Below are positions 42,551 to 51,431 of a stretch of DNA of 64,000 bases, in pieces. How positions within the stretch are numbered: the stretch's first letter is position 1; each line of letters begins with the position of its first letter. Under the pieces are notes generated by a model. It ran no database searches and had not been told where the DNA came from. It was given only the letters and a program-made list of their open reading frames with translations. A program made the translations under genes and the position numbers. This stretch comes from Gammaproteobacteria bacterium. GTDB taxonomy: Bacteria > Pseudomonadota > Gammaproteobacteria > JAKEHO01. The DNA lies in assembly GCA_022614965.1 (NCBI GenBank), contig JAKEHO010000043.1, positions 10,950 through 74,949 on the forward strand. The letters run 5' to 3'.

Positions 42551-43405
42551 TCAAATACGGCATCCGACATAGTTATAATGTGTGTTAAGAACGGCGAGTC
42601 GGCTTCCCTCCAGCCAATTCTCCAACCAACCGATATGATCAAACACGGGATGGCTCGGTAACACCCGGAAGTAACGGAGAACTCGGCGCTTAACTCCGCG
42701 TCGATCGAAAAGGCGCGTAAGACCCGTCGCCGTGATAACACGTTCCACGCCATAGGGATGTTCCGTGCCATCCTTGGCCACAAACGTATCGACAGTTCGA
42801 ACCCCTCTCCTGAACAAGAGATGCAGTTGCAAAAACGGATTCAAGGCATTGGCCTCACTGATGACCAGATAGCCACCCGGCTTAAGTAGCGCTGCCAAAT
42901 GGTCAACCACCTGGGCCCGCGGTTCCAGATGGTGAAAGGTTTGCTCCATCCAAATGAGGTCATAAAGCTCCGACCCGTCCAGATCCAGAATCGACGCCAG
43001 GCGAAAGTTACACGGGATCGTTCGCTCCAGGAGATCGGCGAGCACCTGTTGTCGTGCCCGTGCGACGCCCATCCGCTCTGGCTTAAGATCGATCGCGGTG
43101 ATACTGGCTCCGTGGAGCGCAAGCCAGAGCGATTCGGTGCCGCAGCCGCAGCCCACTTCCAATACGTTGGCGCGGGGTATCCTTTCGAGGAAGGCCATGA
43201 CTTCGCGGGTCTGTTCATCGTAGAACCGCCTAACCCGTGCGGAAAAATGGCGACGATAATTGACATAATACTGATACAGAATCTCCTGATGTGTCTCCTC
43301 GAGTAAAGAATGCGTAAGCCACAATCGAAGGAAATCGGAGATGCGCTCGCACTTTGCAAACTGCCTTGCCAAGGCTTTGATATCCGTGGGATCAGAGTGA
43401 GCCAT
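42551..43405 (-). CDS. Class I SAM-dependent methyltransferase
   Basis: VLEVGCGCG, TAIDL, YDLIWMEQTFHHL, LKPGGYLVISE. Confidence 0.88.
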   Translation of the reverse strand: MAHSDPTDIKALARQFAKCERISDFLRLWLTHSLLEETHQEILYQYYVNYRRHFSARVRRFYDEQTREVMAFLERIPRANVLEVGCGCGTESLWLALHGASITAIDLKPERMGVARARQQVLADLLERTIPCNFRLASILDLDGSELYDLIWMEQTFHHLEPRAQVVDHLAALLKPGGYLVISEANALNPFLQLHLLFRRGVRTVDTFVAKDGTEHPYGVERVITATGLTRLFDRRGVKRRVLRYFRVLPSHPVFDHIGWLENWLEGSRLAVLNTHYNYVGCRI

Positions 43406-43412
43406 AAAAAGG

Positions 43413-44814
43413 CTACGCGCGTCTGAGCAGAATGACTGGCCGCTTGGGACTATCGCCGTCGGAAAATGCCCGAGTTGCTAGGATTTCTGCATCCTTCAAC
43501 CACGGTACCGAGACCAAGCGGACGCTTTCGCCGGCAATCGACTGCCCCGAATGACCTTCGTACAACATGTACTGCCAAGGTAGACTCGCGATTCCATTCG
43601 GAAATCCAATGTGATCGCTAATAGCCAAATAGAACAATACACCATGGCGTGGCTCCATAAGGTGATCCGGGATCGCACAGGCAAAATTCGTTTCTAGCCC
43701 AATAGCGCCTGGGATGAGCGTAAAGCGCGTCGCCCCCAATGCGAGCAAGATACGTCGGCTGCCATCAATCACCTGCGCGGTGTCCCATCCAAAGCCCCAG
43801 AGTGCCCCAGAAGAAAGCGCGTTATACAACATCAAACCGGTATTGCATCCAATATCGTAGATTGTGCGTCCTGCAAGTGACAGTCTTGCAACCTTGAACA
43901 TCGCCTCGAATTCCCGCCAACGATGAGTCACATCCCGTTTGCCGACGGTGAGCCCTGGAATCGACTGGTACAGGTAATTGCCGCCCCCACGAAAGAATCT
44001 CGTGCCGCCAAAATGTAAGGTATTTTTTTCTCTTGCTGCAATTTCGCTAAAAAGTTGCACCTCATTCGCGAGCTCAAAGGCCTGAAAATCGACATAGAAC
44101 GGACGGCCCGTGGAGCGGTCAATAATCAAATTTCCGTTGCAATCAGGTGGGCTAAAATCGAGCGCAGAGTCGATACTACCGTGGGGGGTCCGCAATTCTC
44201 CACGCGCCAAGACCCCATGCAGGCTACCCATAAACTCGGCGTACTGCTCGCGTGTGGGTTTGCCTCCATCAACGTGCTGCAGAATGTAGGCAGTGAACGA
44301 TCGATCACCTGTCTTGAACTCAACGATATCCCAAATCCCGGGGCCAGGCCGTGGCTAAACAAATAGTTTGCAACGCGCACCAGCGCGATAGGGCTCGGGG
44401 TGCGTGCCCGCACTCGCCGGCTGCCAGGCGATGGATCAAGCTCATGGCGCGTATAGCGTGCTTCATGCGGTCGCCTAACGTCCTTTAATATCTTGATGCC
44501 AGCGCCTGGCGGATAAACATGATTTACAAAAGGAAAATGTTCATCCATTCATCCGGCGTCCCAGCATCGCCAATCTTGACATCGAAACTCAGTATCTGCT
44601 GCTGCGAAAGGAATGTTCGGAAATGAGATTCATCGCGCCGCTGCTTTTGGCCAGCCCCAATCAGGGTCCGCATGAACGGCACGGCGCCAAAATGGTATGA
44701 ATGGTAGAGGCCGACTAGTAAACGATAGACACGAGGGTAAGGCGCAACCCATCGCTTGAGGCGCTTACGAAACCACACGGGATCGTGAAGCACATTGCCT
44801 TGCTCTTCGTTCAT
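43413..44814 (-). pseudogene. Kinase-like domain fused to a methyltransferase-like domain, split by two single-base frameshifts
   Basis: Three ORF pieces join into one frame of about 467 aa if one base is restored at about 44547 and one at about 44338. Kinase-like LAPRIWDI...DFSPPDCNGNLII...YVDFQ, then MTase-like YDIGCNTG...GWD. The start ATG overlaps the upstream TGA. Confidence 0.65.
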
Positions 44815-46202
44815 GCCTGCCCGTTGGTAATATGGAAACAAAGCGCCGTACCTGGCAGTGCACGGGCTTTGACCGTGGCAAAACGATTTGTTGCGGCTTG
44901 CAAGCCGGCCAAGGTCTCCGTGACATCTCTGAGCGCAATACCTGAAAACTTCTGCCGTGCATAAGCCTCATAGCGTTGGCTACGCCCCATCGCTCGCCGA
45001 AGTACTGAAAGAATCGGGCGTGCCGTAGATTCCAGCGTATGAATGAGTCTTGGAGTAACGAACCGTTGGTAAGTAGGTGATTTCGGCACCCGGGTCTGGA
45101 GCGCCTCAACAACCCGTTCGGCCGCGAGAGGTCCATCGAGAGCCGTAATATAACGATGTGCCGCCTCACGGCGCTTTCGATCCTCGTCAGGGTTACCTAG
45201 CCGCCCACCCGCGACGATGGCCTTGGTCATATCAATGAGCGCCGCACGATCGTACGCTTCGTGACTCAAGATATTCGGAAGATAGGAATCAAGTACCTCG
45301 TCGGTGACGGGACGATAGGCAATAACAGGGCGATCGACTAGATAAGCTTCTACACCCGTTGTGCAGGAATTATGCACAAGCACATCGCATGCCAGGATCC
45401 AAGGGACGGGGCTTCCTTCATGGATGACTTTAACGTTGGGTAGATTTTTTACTTCCGCACGCCATGCCTCATGATTTTCTGAAGGGTGTGGCCTTAGTAT
45501 GATGTTACGGGTTGCAAATGCTGTGGAAAGATCAGGGAGCATGGCAGCAAACTCCCGATACAGTACCCCAAGGTAGTCACCCCAGCGGCGGAAAAACGCC
45601 TCCTGTTCGGAGGTTTTGATTGTTCCACGTTGCTTCAGTACGTCGATGACAAATTCACGGCCGTTGAAGTGGTTAAAGCGACTGAAGTTTGTATTTATCA
45701 GGATGAACGGACCGTGAGTTCGACGCAGCACGTCAGCTTCGTTAGCCAATAAATCACGAATGCCTGGGCGCAGAATGTCGAATCGCGGATTGCCTGAACA
45801 TACGATCTTATTTGCAGCATGAGGGGCCTTACTTAGGACTGCATCAGCCTGCGCGTCGCCCCATGCGAAGAATACGTCGGCCTGATCGAGCGATGCCACC
45901 GAGACGCGTTCGTGAAGATAAGTATCGCGGTCGCGAAACACGAGTCCTTCCTCGCACCAAGCGACAACCCGATGACCGAGCTTCCGAAGTTGATGAAAAT
46001 GCCTTGTCTTGGTGCGGGCGACACTTTTATCAATATAGATTCCGGGAGGTAAGCGCCCGATTTGTCGGGTGATGGCACTCTGTTCACCTATTACGACGTC
46101 GAAGCCGGCTTCCGCGGCAACGGCAGCAAGCAGTAATTTGCCGTGAAACTCCCGTACCTTTGTTTCAATGGGCAGTAAAATGACCCGGTTTGAATCAAAC
46201 AT
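44811..46202 (-). CDS. Surface carbohydrate biosynthesis protein (GT-B-like, candidate transferase)
   Basis: ILLPIETKVREFHGKLLL, WCEEGL, FFAWG, GNPRFD, ILINTNF, RPHPSE, HNSCTTGVEA. Recalled as the TIGR04396-type family. Confidence 0.75.
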   Translation of the reverse strand: MFDSNRVILLPIETKVREFHGKLLLAAVAAEAGFDVVIGEQSAITRQIGRLPPGIYIDKSVARTKTRHFHQLRKLGHRVVAWCEEGLVFRDRDTYLHERVSVASLDQADVFFAWGDAQADAVLSKAPHAANKIVCSGNPRFDILRPGIRDLLANEADVLRRTHGPFILINTNFSRFNHFNGREFVIDVLKQRGTIKTSEQEAFFRRWGDYLGVLYREFAAMLPDLSTAFATRNIILRPHPSENHEAWRAEVKNLPNVKVIHEGSPVPWILACDVLVHNSCTTGVEAYLVDRPVIAYRPVTDEVLDSYLPNILSHEAYDRAALIDMTKAIVAGGRLGNPDEDRKRREAAHRYITALDGPLAAERVVEALQTRVPKSPTYQRFVTPRLIHTLESTARPILSVLRRAMGRSQRYEAYARQKFSGIALRDVTETLAGLQAATNRFATVKARALPGTALCFHITNGQA

Positions 46203-46204
46203 AG

Positions 46205-47374
46205 CTACGGTAACCGTTCCTGGCCGCCAACCCACCGGATTTGCGGCAGAAACATTTCTTTATCGACATTGGAGCGATAGGTCTGGGCAGTAGCAAGCAT
46301 GGAGTCGATCACGGCGCCTGTCAGCAGGCTTGGGTTGAGGCCAAGTTCGTTCAGTTTTGAGTGCTTTGCGTTGTAGTAGTGTTCCTCTAGCTCGACGCGC
46401 GGGTTATCGATGTGCCTAATCTTTACTTTGAGTCCGGCACGTTTTCCTGCCGCAACCATTCTATCGGCAAGCTCCATCACAGAAAACTGCTCCGTAAATT
46501 GGTTAAAAACGCGATATTCTCCGGCGTTTGATGGGTTGCGCGCCGCGAGGTCAACACACTGTAGTGTGTCGCGAATATTAAGGAAGCCCCGTGTTTGCCC
46601 GCCCTTGCCATAAAGAGTCAGTGGTTCGCCAACAGCCGCCTGCACAACGAAACGATTCAGCACGGTACCGAAGACATGATCATAATGAAACGAGGTTCTG
46701 AAGTCTGGATCCAGTGCGGTCTGGTCAGTGTCAATGCCATAGACGACTCCTTGATTGAGATCGGTGGCCCGAAGGCCCCATATGCGGCAGGCAAAATTAA
46801 TGTTGTGTGAATCATGCACCTTTGATAGGTGGTAGTAGCTGCCAGGCTGTTTAGGGTACAGCACGGTGTCTGTACGGCCGTTGTGGTTGATGGTGATATA
46901 GCCTTCCTCTATATCGATATTAGGCGTACCGTATTCCCCCATTGTGCCAAGCTTCACAAGATGCGCGTCTGGGCAGTGCCGACGCATCGCAAATAGTACA
47001 TTCAAAGTACCAGTCAGATTATTCACTTGGGTGAACACGGCGGTGGCACGGTTCTGCATTGAATAGGGTGCTGACGGTTGCTCTGCATAGTGCACGATGA
47101 CGTCAGGTTGCGCTTCTTCAAAAAGGTTGTACACAAAGCGGTGATTTGTGAGATCGCCGACCCGTATGTGCATGGTCTTATCCGTGAGTGCCTTCCAGCG
47201 CCTAATCCGACGATGTAGCGTTGGAACCGCGACGAGCGGGGCAATGCCTTCTTCGAGTTCCCATTTACGTTTTGCAAAATTATCGGCCACCCACACGTCA
47301 TCGCCCGCTGCAGAAAAGTGCATAGCGGTCGGCCAGCCAAGATAGCCATCACCTCCCAATATCAAAACACGCAT
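46205..47374 (-). CDS. sqdB: UDP-sulfoquinovose synthase
   Basis: LGGDGYLGWPT, HYAEQPSAPYSM, HLVKLGTMGEYGTP, PGSYYHLSKVHDSHN, TDLNQGVVYG, GTVLNRF, RVELEEHYY are SqdB/Agl3-specific motifs. Confidence 0.9.
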   Translation of the reverse strand: MRVLILGGDGYLGWPTAMHFSAAGDDVWVADNFAKRKWELEEGIAPLVAVPTLHRRIRRWKALTDKTMHIRVGDLTNHRFVYNLFEEAQPDVIVHYAEQPSAPYSMQNRATAVFTQVNNLTGTLNVLFAMRRHCPDAHLVKLGTMGEYGTPNIDIEEGYITINHNGRTDTVLYPKQPGSYYHLSKVHDSHNINFACRIWGLRATDLNQGVVYGIDTDQTALDPDFRTSFHYDHVFGTVLNRFVVQAAVGEPLTLYGKGGQTRGFLNIRDTLQCVDLAARNPSNAGEYRVFNQFTEQFSVMELADRMVAAGKRAGLKVKIRHIDNPRVELEEHYYNAKHSKLNELGLNPSLLTGAVIDSMLATAQTYRSNVDKEMFLPQIRWVGGQERLP

Positions 47375-47474
47375 AACGATAGTCTCCCTCTTCGCAATTC
47401 ATCATGAATATCGGTATCCAAAGATTGATGAAGACGCCCTGCTAAAACCGACTCCGAACACCCGTTTTGGCACG

Positions 47475-48203
47475 TTAGAGGTGTGGCAGCTGAACGAGCG
47501 CACTCTTTAGCAGCAGCTCGCCGATGCGAAAATCCTCCGGCCCGTCACAGTCGAACCCAAAGATCGGCGGTACTTCATACGCAAGCGAGGGTTCTGCGAA
47601 CACCGTGCCTTGTTCTAATGCGGTTTTGATGCGAAATACCACCACATTGCCGAATAGAAAATGCCGCGGCTTGCTCTGCTTGTTGTATGCACTGCGGCGC
47701 TCATCGGGAAAGCAAAATGCAACCCAGCCATCCTTGATCACGCGCTGGTTATAAGCATGGTGATTATGGGGACAGGGTATGAGTGTCTGGGCAGAAGCCG
47801 CGTCTACGTTGTTATTTAGCCCCCTGACACACTGTTCAACATGCTCAGGCAAAATAAACGGGGAAGTCGGCTGAAGTAGTGCAAGTAATTCGGCTACGGC
47901 TCCTTCACGCTCTGTCACATCTTCTAGAAGTTGGACGATGACATCGAATAGTGGTATGTCATCAGCGCCAAGTTCCACCGGGCGGGGATGGTTCTCAACA
48001 CCAAGTTGGCGACAATGCATTGCAATGACATCCGAGTCGGTACTACACATCAGCCGCGAAATGCACTTTGTTGCGCGACCTGCTGCAACACAATAGTCAA
48101 TCAGGGGACGACCTGCCAGCGGTGCAAGGTTTTTCATTGGGACACTCTTTGATCCCCCACGCGCCGGCACTAAGCCCCAACACACACCGTCGAGCGTCCT
48201 CAC
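47475..48203 (-). CDS. Acylneuraminate cytidylyltransferase family (NeuA-like, copy 1)
   Basis: VPARGGSKSVPMKNL, LAGRPLI, STDS, LLQPTSPF, DCDGPED. Confidence 0.92.
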   Translation of the reverse strand: MRTLDGVCWGLVPARGGSKSVPMKNLAPLAGRPLIDYCVAAGRATKCISRLMCSTDSDVIAMHCRQLGVENHPRPVELGADDIPLFDVIVQLLEDVTEREGAVAELLALLQPTSPFILPEHVEQCVRGLNNNVDAASAQTLIPCPHNHHAYNQRVIKDGWVAFCFPDERRSAYNKQSKPRHFLFGNVVVFRIKTALEQGTVFAEPSLAYEVPPIFGFDCDGPEDFRIGELLLKSALVQLPHL

Positions 48204-49171
48204 CTCCGATCCATCTCCTTGAAATACGCAGTGGCCATGTCAATCACTCTCCTCTGGGTCTCATTCCATGCGTCCAGGCTCGAGCCACCGATGTGTGGCG
48301 TAATTAAAAGATTGTCGTGTTGACGGGCATAGTGGACCAAAGGGTGATCGGCAGGGCGAAATCTAGGCGAATATTCGTCATCCAATACATCAAGCGCAGC
48401 TCCTGCAAGACGCTTTTCTTGTAGTGCATCAAGTAAGGCCATCTCATCAATGAGTTCACCTCGTGACGTATTAATGATGATGGCACCGGGCTTACATCGG
48501 TTGATGACGTCCCGGTTTATGACGTGGCGGGTTTCCTTATTGGAGGGAGCATGAAGGGTCAGCACGTCAGAGGCAGCGATAAGATCTTCAATCGTTTCTT
48601 TGCGTTTTGGACCATCTGCTGGTGGCTCAACGTATGGGTCGTAGTAGTGCACATGCATACCGAAGGCGGCACCATACCTCGCTACCATGGACCCCAATCT
48701 CCCTAGGCCCACAATGCCGAGTGAAAGCCTCGAGAGCATGGCGGGCGCACCGAAATCAAAACGATTCCATTCACCACCGAGCACAGCTTGGAAGCCCCAT
48801 GGCGTGCGCCGAAGCAGCGCGAGCAACAATCCCCATGTATGTTCTGCCGTGGCCGTGATCGTCCGAAGAAACGCCTGCTCGTCCTTCAAAGAGAAGATTC
48901 GCATGCCGCGAGCAGCTGCCATTGGCATGTCAATATGTGGTACACCGGTGGTGTTTGTCACGATGGCCTTCAGCTTCGGACAGCGTTGCATTTTAGCTGC
49001 ATCAAAGGGATATCCAAGTGGAGCAAAGCAGAGATCAAGGTTGGCGAGTATCTCATCCGTGTCCGCGCCAGGATCCGGTAGTTGTGTCACGTTGAACTGT
49101 TTGCTCAGGACCAAGAGGTTATTGGGCATGAAGTTCAAAATCGTGTAGTAGAGCGCCCTGGGTCGCGGCAT
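48200..49171 (-). CDS. D-isomer-specific 2-hydroxyacid dehydrogenase family
   Basis: TTGVPHID, ATAEHT, GIVGLGRLG, DVLTLH, INTSRGE, AALDV, ITPHIGG. Confidence 0.9.
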   Translation of the reverse strand: MPRPRALYYTILNFMPNNLLVLSKQFNVTQLPDPGADTDEILANLDLCFAPLGYPFDAAKMQRCPKLKAIVTNTTGVPHIDMPMAAARGMRIFSLKDEQAFLRTITATAEHTWGLLLALLRRTPWGFQAVLGGEWNRFDFGAPAMLSRLSLGIVGLGRLGSMVARYGAAFGMHVHYYDPYVEPPADGPKRKETIEDLIAASDVLTLHAPSNKETRHVINRDVINRCKPGAIIINTSRGELIDEMALLDALQEKRLAGAALDVLDDEYSPRFRPADHPLVHYARQHDNLLITPHIGGSSLDAWNETQRRVIDMATAYFKEMDRR

Positions 49172-49172
49172 T

Positions 49173-50321
49173 TCAGTATGTCATTCGTTTGTTCAGAAGC
49201 CTGTCATCGAGCTCGACTGTGGCGAGCACTCCAGTAATTCTCCTATAAGCCGTGCCATCGCCGAATGGCGGCGTCAAGTTATGAATATGATTGCGGAAGG
49301 CTTCATCATAGAGGGCTCTCTCGATCGCAGCTTTTATTAATCCGCGATCGTAGGTCACATCGATCACATTCTCAGCACGTTCGCGCCCGCGTTGCCGCTC
49401 ACCGACGTTGACTGCCGGTAGTCCGAAATATGGTGCCTCGATCAGCGCGGCGGATGAGTTTCCGACGAGACAAGCAGCCTGTGTCTCAAGACCGACAAAA
49501 TCGGGTGCCGGAATATTTTTATGCACTGTGACTATTGGGGGGTTCGCTGCCTTCTCGATCTCATTGATAATCCCGTCGAAGCCCTGATCGGAACACGGGT
49601 AGATCAAAAGCGTCCGGATCCCGAAGGTTGATACAGCGGCTAATGTTTCCGCCATTTGGGCAGCGCTATGCGAAGGCTCCGTTGAATCGGCATGTTGCAA
49701 GACAAGAACAAATGGACCTTCTGCCGGAAGTGCGTAACGCGTGCGCAGTTCGTCCTTCGAAGTAACAGCTCCAAGGAATATCTGATCGATATGAGTGTCG
49801 CCGACGACATGCACGCGCCATGGCTCTTCGCCCATCGCGAGAATACGCTGGGCGGAGGCTTGTGTTGAAGGGAAATGGATATGCGCGAGTTTGGTGATGG
49901 CGTGGCGAACCGGCTCGTCTAAGCTCCCCGAGACATCTCCCCCCTGTACATGCGCAATCGCGATCCGCATGTTATGCGCGGCGATACAGGCGGCTAGTAC
50001 CTCACCCCGGTCCCCAATAACAAGCAGGATATTGGCACCGAGGTCACGCAATACGTCGACCGCTTTGGTAACGCATGAGCCGATGGCGCGGGCGCGGTCC
50101 TCATTCGAATCACCCTCCTGCCCCATATCAATGGTTGCAGCAACGGGGAAGCGGTTTTCTACCTCGGATACGGTGCGACCAAACCGGTCGTACAGGTGCT
50201 GATCGGTTACCACAACCTGCATTTCCATATCCGGATGTGCCGCGATGGCCTCCATGGTCGGCGCGAGCGCCCCGTAGCCGCCACGCTTACCGGACCACAC
50301 GCAAACGCGGCGTTTTTTCAA
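49173..50321 (-). CDS. neuC: UDP-N-acetylglucosamine 2-epimerase (hydrolysing)
   Basis: GKRGGYG, GDRGE, HVQGGDVSGSLDEPVRHAITKLAHIHF, VGNSS, NVGERQRGRE, FGDG. Confidence 0.9.
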   Translation of the reverse strand: MKKRRVCVWSGKRGGYGALAPTMEAIAAHPDMEMQVVVTDQHLYDRFGRTVSEVENRFPVAATIDMGQEGDSNEDRARAIGSCVTKAVDVLRDLGANILLVIGDRGEVLAACIAAHNMRIAIAHVQGGDVSGSLDEPVRHAITKLAHIHFPSTQASAQRILAMGEEPWRVHVVGDTHIDQIFLGAVTSKDELRTRYALPAEGPFVLVLQHADSTEPSHSAAQMAETLAAVSTFGIRTLLIYPCSDQGFDGIINEIEKAANPPIVTVHKNIPAPDFVGLETQAACLVGNSSAALIEAPYFGLPAVNVGERQRGRERAENVIDVTYDRGLIKAAIERALYDEAFRNHIHNLTPPFGDGTAYRRITGVLATVELDDRLLNKRMTY

Positions 50322-51349
50322 TCAATGTCCTCAAAGCGTAGCGCAGTATCCGCTGCAATCGAATGCTTGAGTCTGTGGCCGTAGAAGTCACTTATGCGGC
50401 TCGGTGGCACGCCGAGCCCGGGCCGCTTTGCGATCACGTCTCCCTCAACAATGTAATGTCCCTTGGGCAGATCCCGCGCAGCAACCATGGACTTCAACGC
50501 CCAGCCAGCAGCACCCTGCTCGCAATGAGCCATCTCCTTGCGGCCGTGGCCGAGCATGGACTCCACGCGGCGGATCTCAGCGACGAGCTTGGGAAAATCA
50601 TCAGGTCCCGCAGAGACCTTCCAGTCCTGGGCATTCGGGACATCACGTAGGATCGTGATGTGCTTCTCGACGATGCAGGCACCGCGCGCCACGGCGGCAA
50701 GGACCGCAACCCCATCCGGCGTGTGGTCTGAATAACCGACGGGTCCCGGAAAGATCTCGCTCAGGCGATCCATTGCCAGCAGGTTCACATCGTGGGGCGG
50801 CGTGGGATAACAGGTCACGCAGTGGAGCAATGCAAGCTCGTCACATTTAGTCTCAGCTAACGTATCGAGCACTTCAATCACGTCGGTATCTCCGTACATA
50901 CCAGTCGACACGATCATGGGTTTCCCAAGCGCCGCCAGTTTCTTAAGAAACTCCGGGTTGTTTCGTTCGCCAGAGCCCACCTTGATGGCCGGCACATTAA
51001 GTTCCACGAGCCAGGGAATGCGGCTCTCGTCATGCGCGGTGGCCATGAAGAGCAGTCCTTTGGCAGCACACAGCGCCTTGAGCTCACGACACTCAGCCAG
51101 CGTGAGGTTGCGTGTGCGCAGTCGCTCACGCCAGGCAGGCTCACGGCTGGCATAGAGCGCATCCACATCGAAGACTTGTGTCTTGAAGGCATCCGCCCCG
51201 GCTTTTGCAGCGAGTTCCACGAGCTGCACGGCAAGCGTTACGTCACCGAAGTGAGAGACCCCAGCCTCGGCGATAATCAAGACGGGCGCACCGCCGCCTA
51301 CGCGGCGATGACCTATTTCAAACTCGGGCTTAAACGGAAACGGGTGCAT
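50318..51349 (-). CDS. neuB: N-acetylneuraminate synthase family (nonulosonic acid synthase)
   Basis: IIAEAG..H.G, GADAFKTQ, KVGSGE, IVSTGM, LLHCVTCYP, GYSDHT, VEKHIT, C-terminal SAF domain. Confidence 0.92.
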   Translation of the reverse strand: MHPFPFKPEFEIGHRRVGGGAPVLIIAEAGVSHFGDVTLAVQLVELAAKAGADAFKTQVFDVDALYASREPAWRERLRTRNLTLAECRELKALCAAKGLLFMATAHDESRIPWLVELNVPAIKVGSGERNNPEFLKKLAALGKPMIVSTGMYGDTDVIEVLDTLAETKCDELALLHCVTCYPTPPHDVNLLAMDRLSEIFPGPVGYSDHTPDGVAVLAAVARGACIVEKHITILRDVPNAQDWKVSAGPDDFPKLVAEIRRVESMLGHGRKEMAHCEQGAAGWALKSMVAARDLPKGHYIVEGDVIAKRPGLGVPPSRISDFYGHRLKHSIAADTALRFEDID

Positions 51350-51431
51350 CGATGCAAGACGACGTAACTTGGAACATTACGTAGGGGACTATATAACGGG
51401 TAAGTGCCAATTCAACCATCAATAAAATTGT

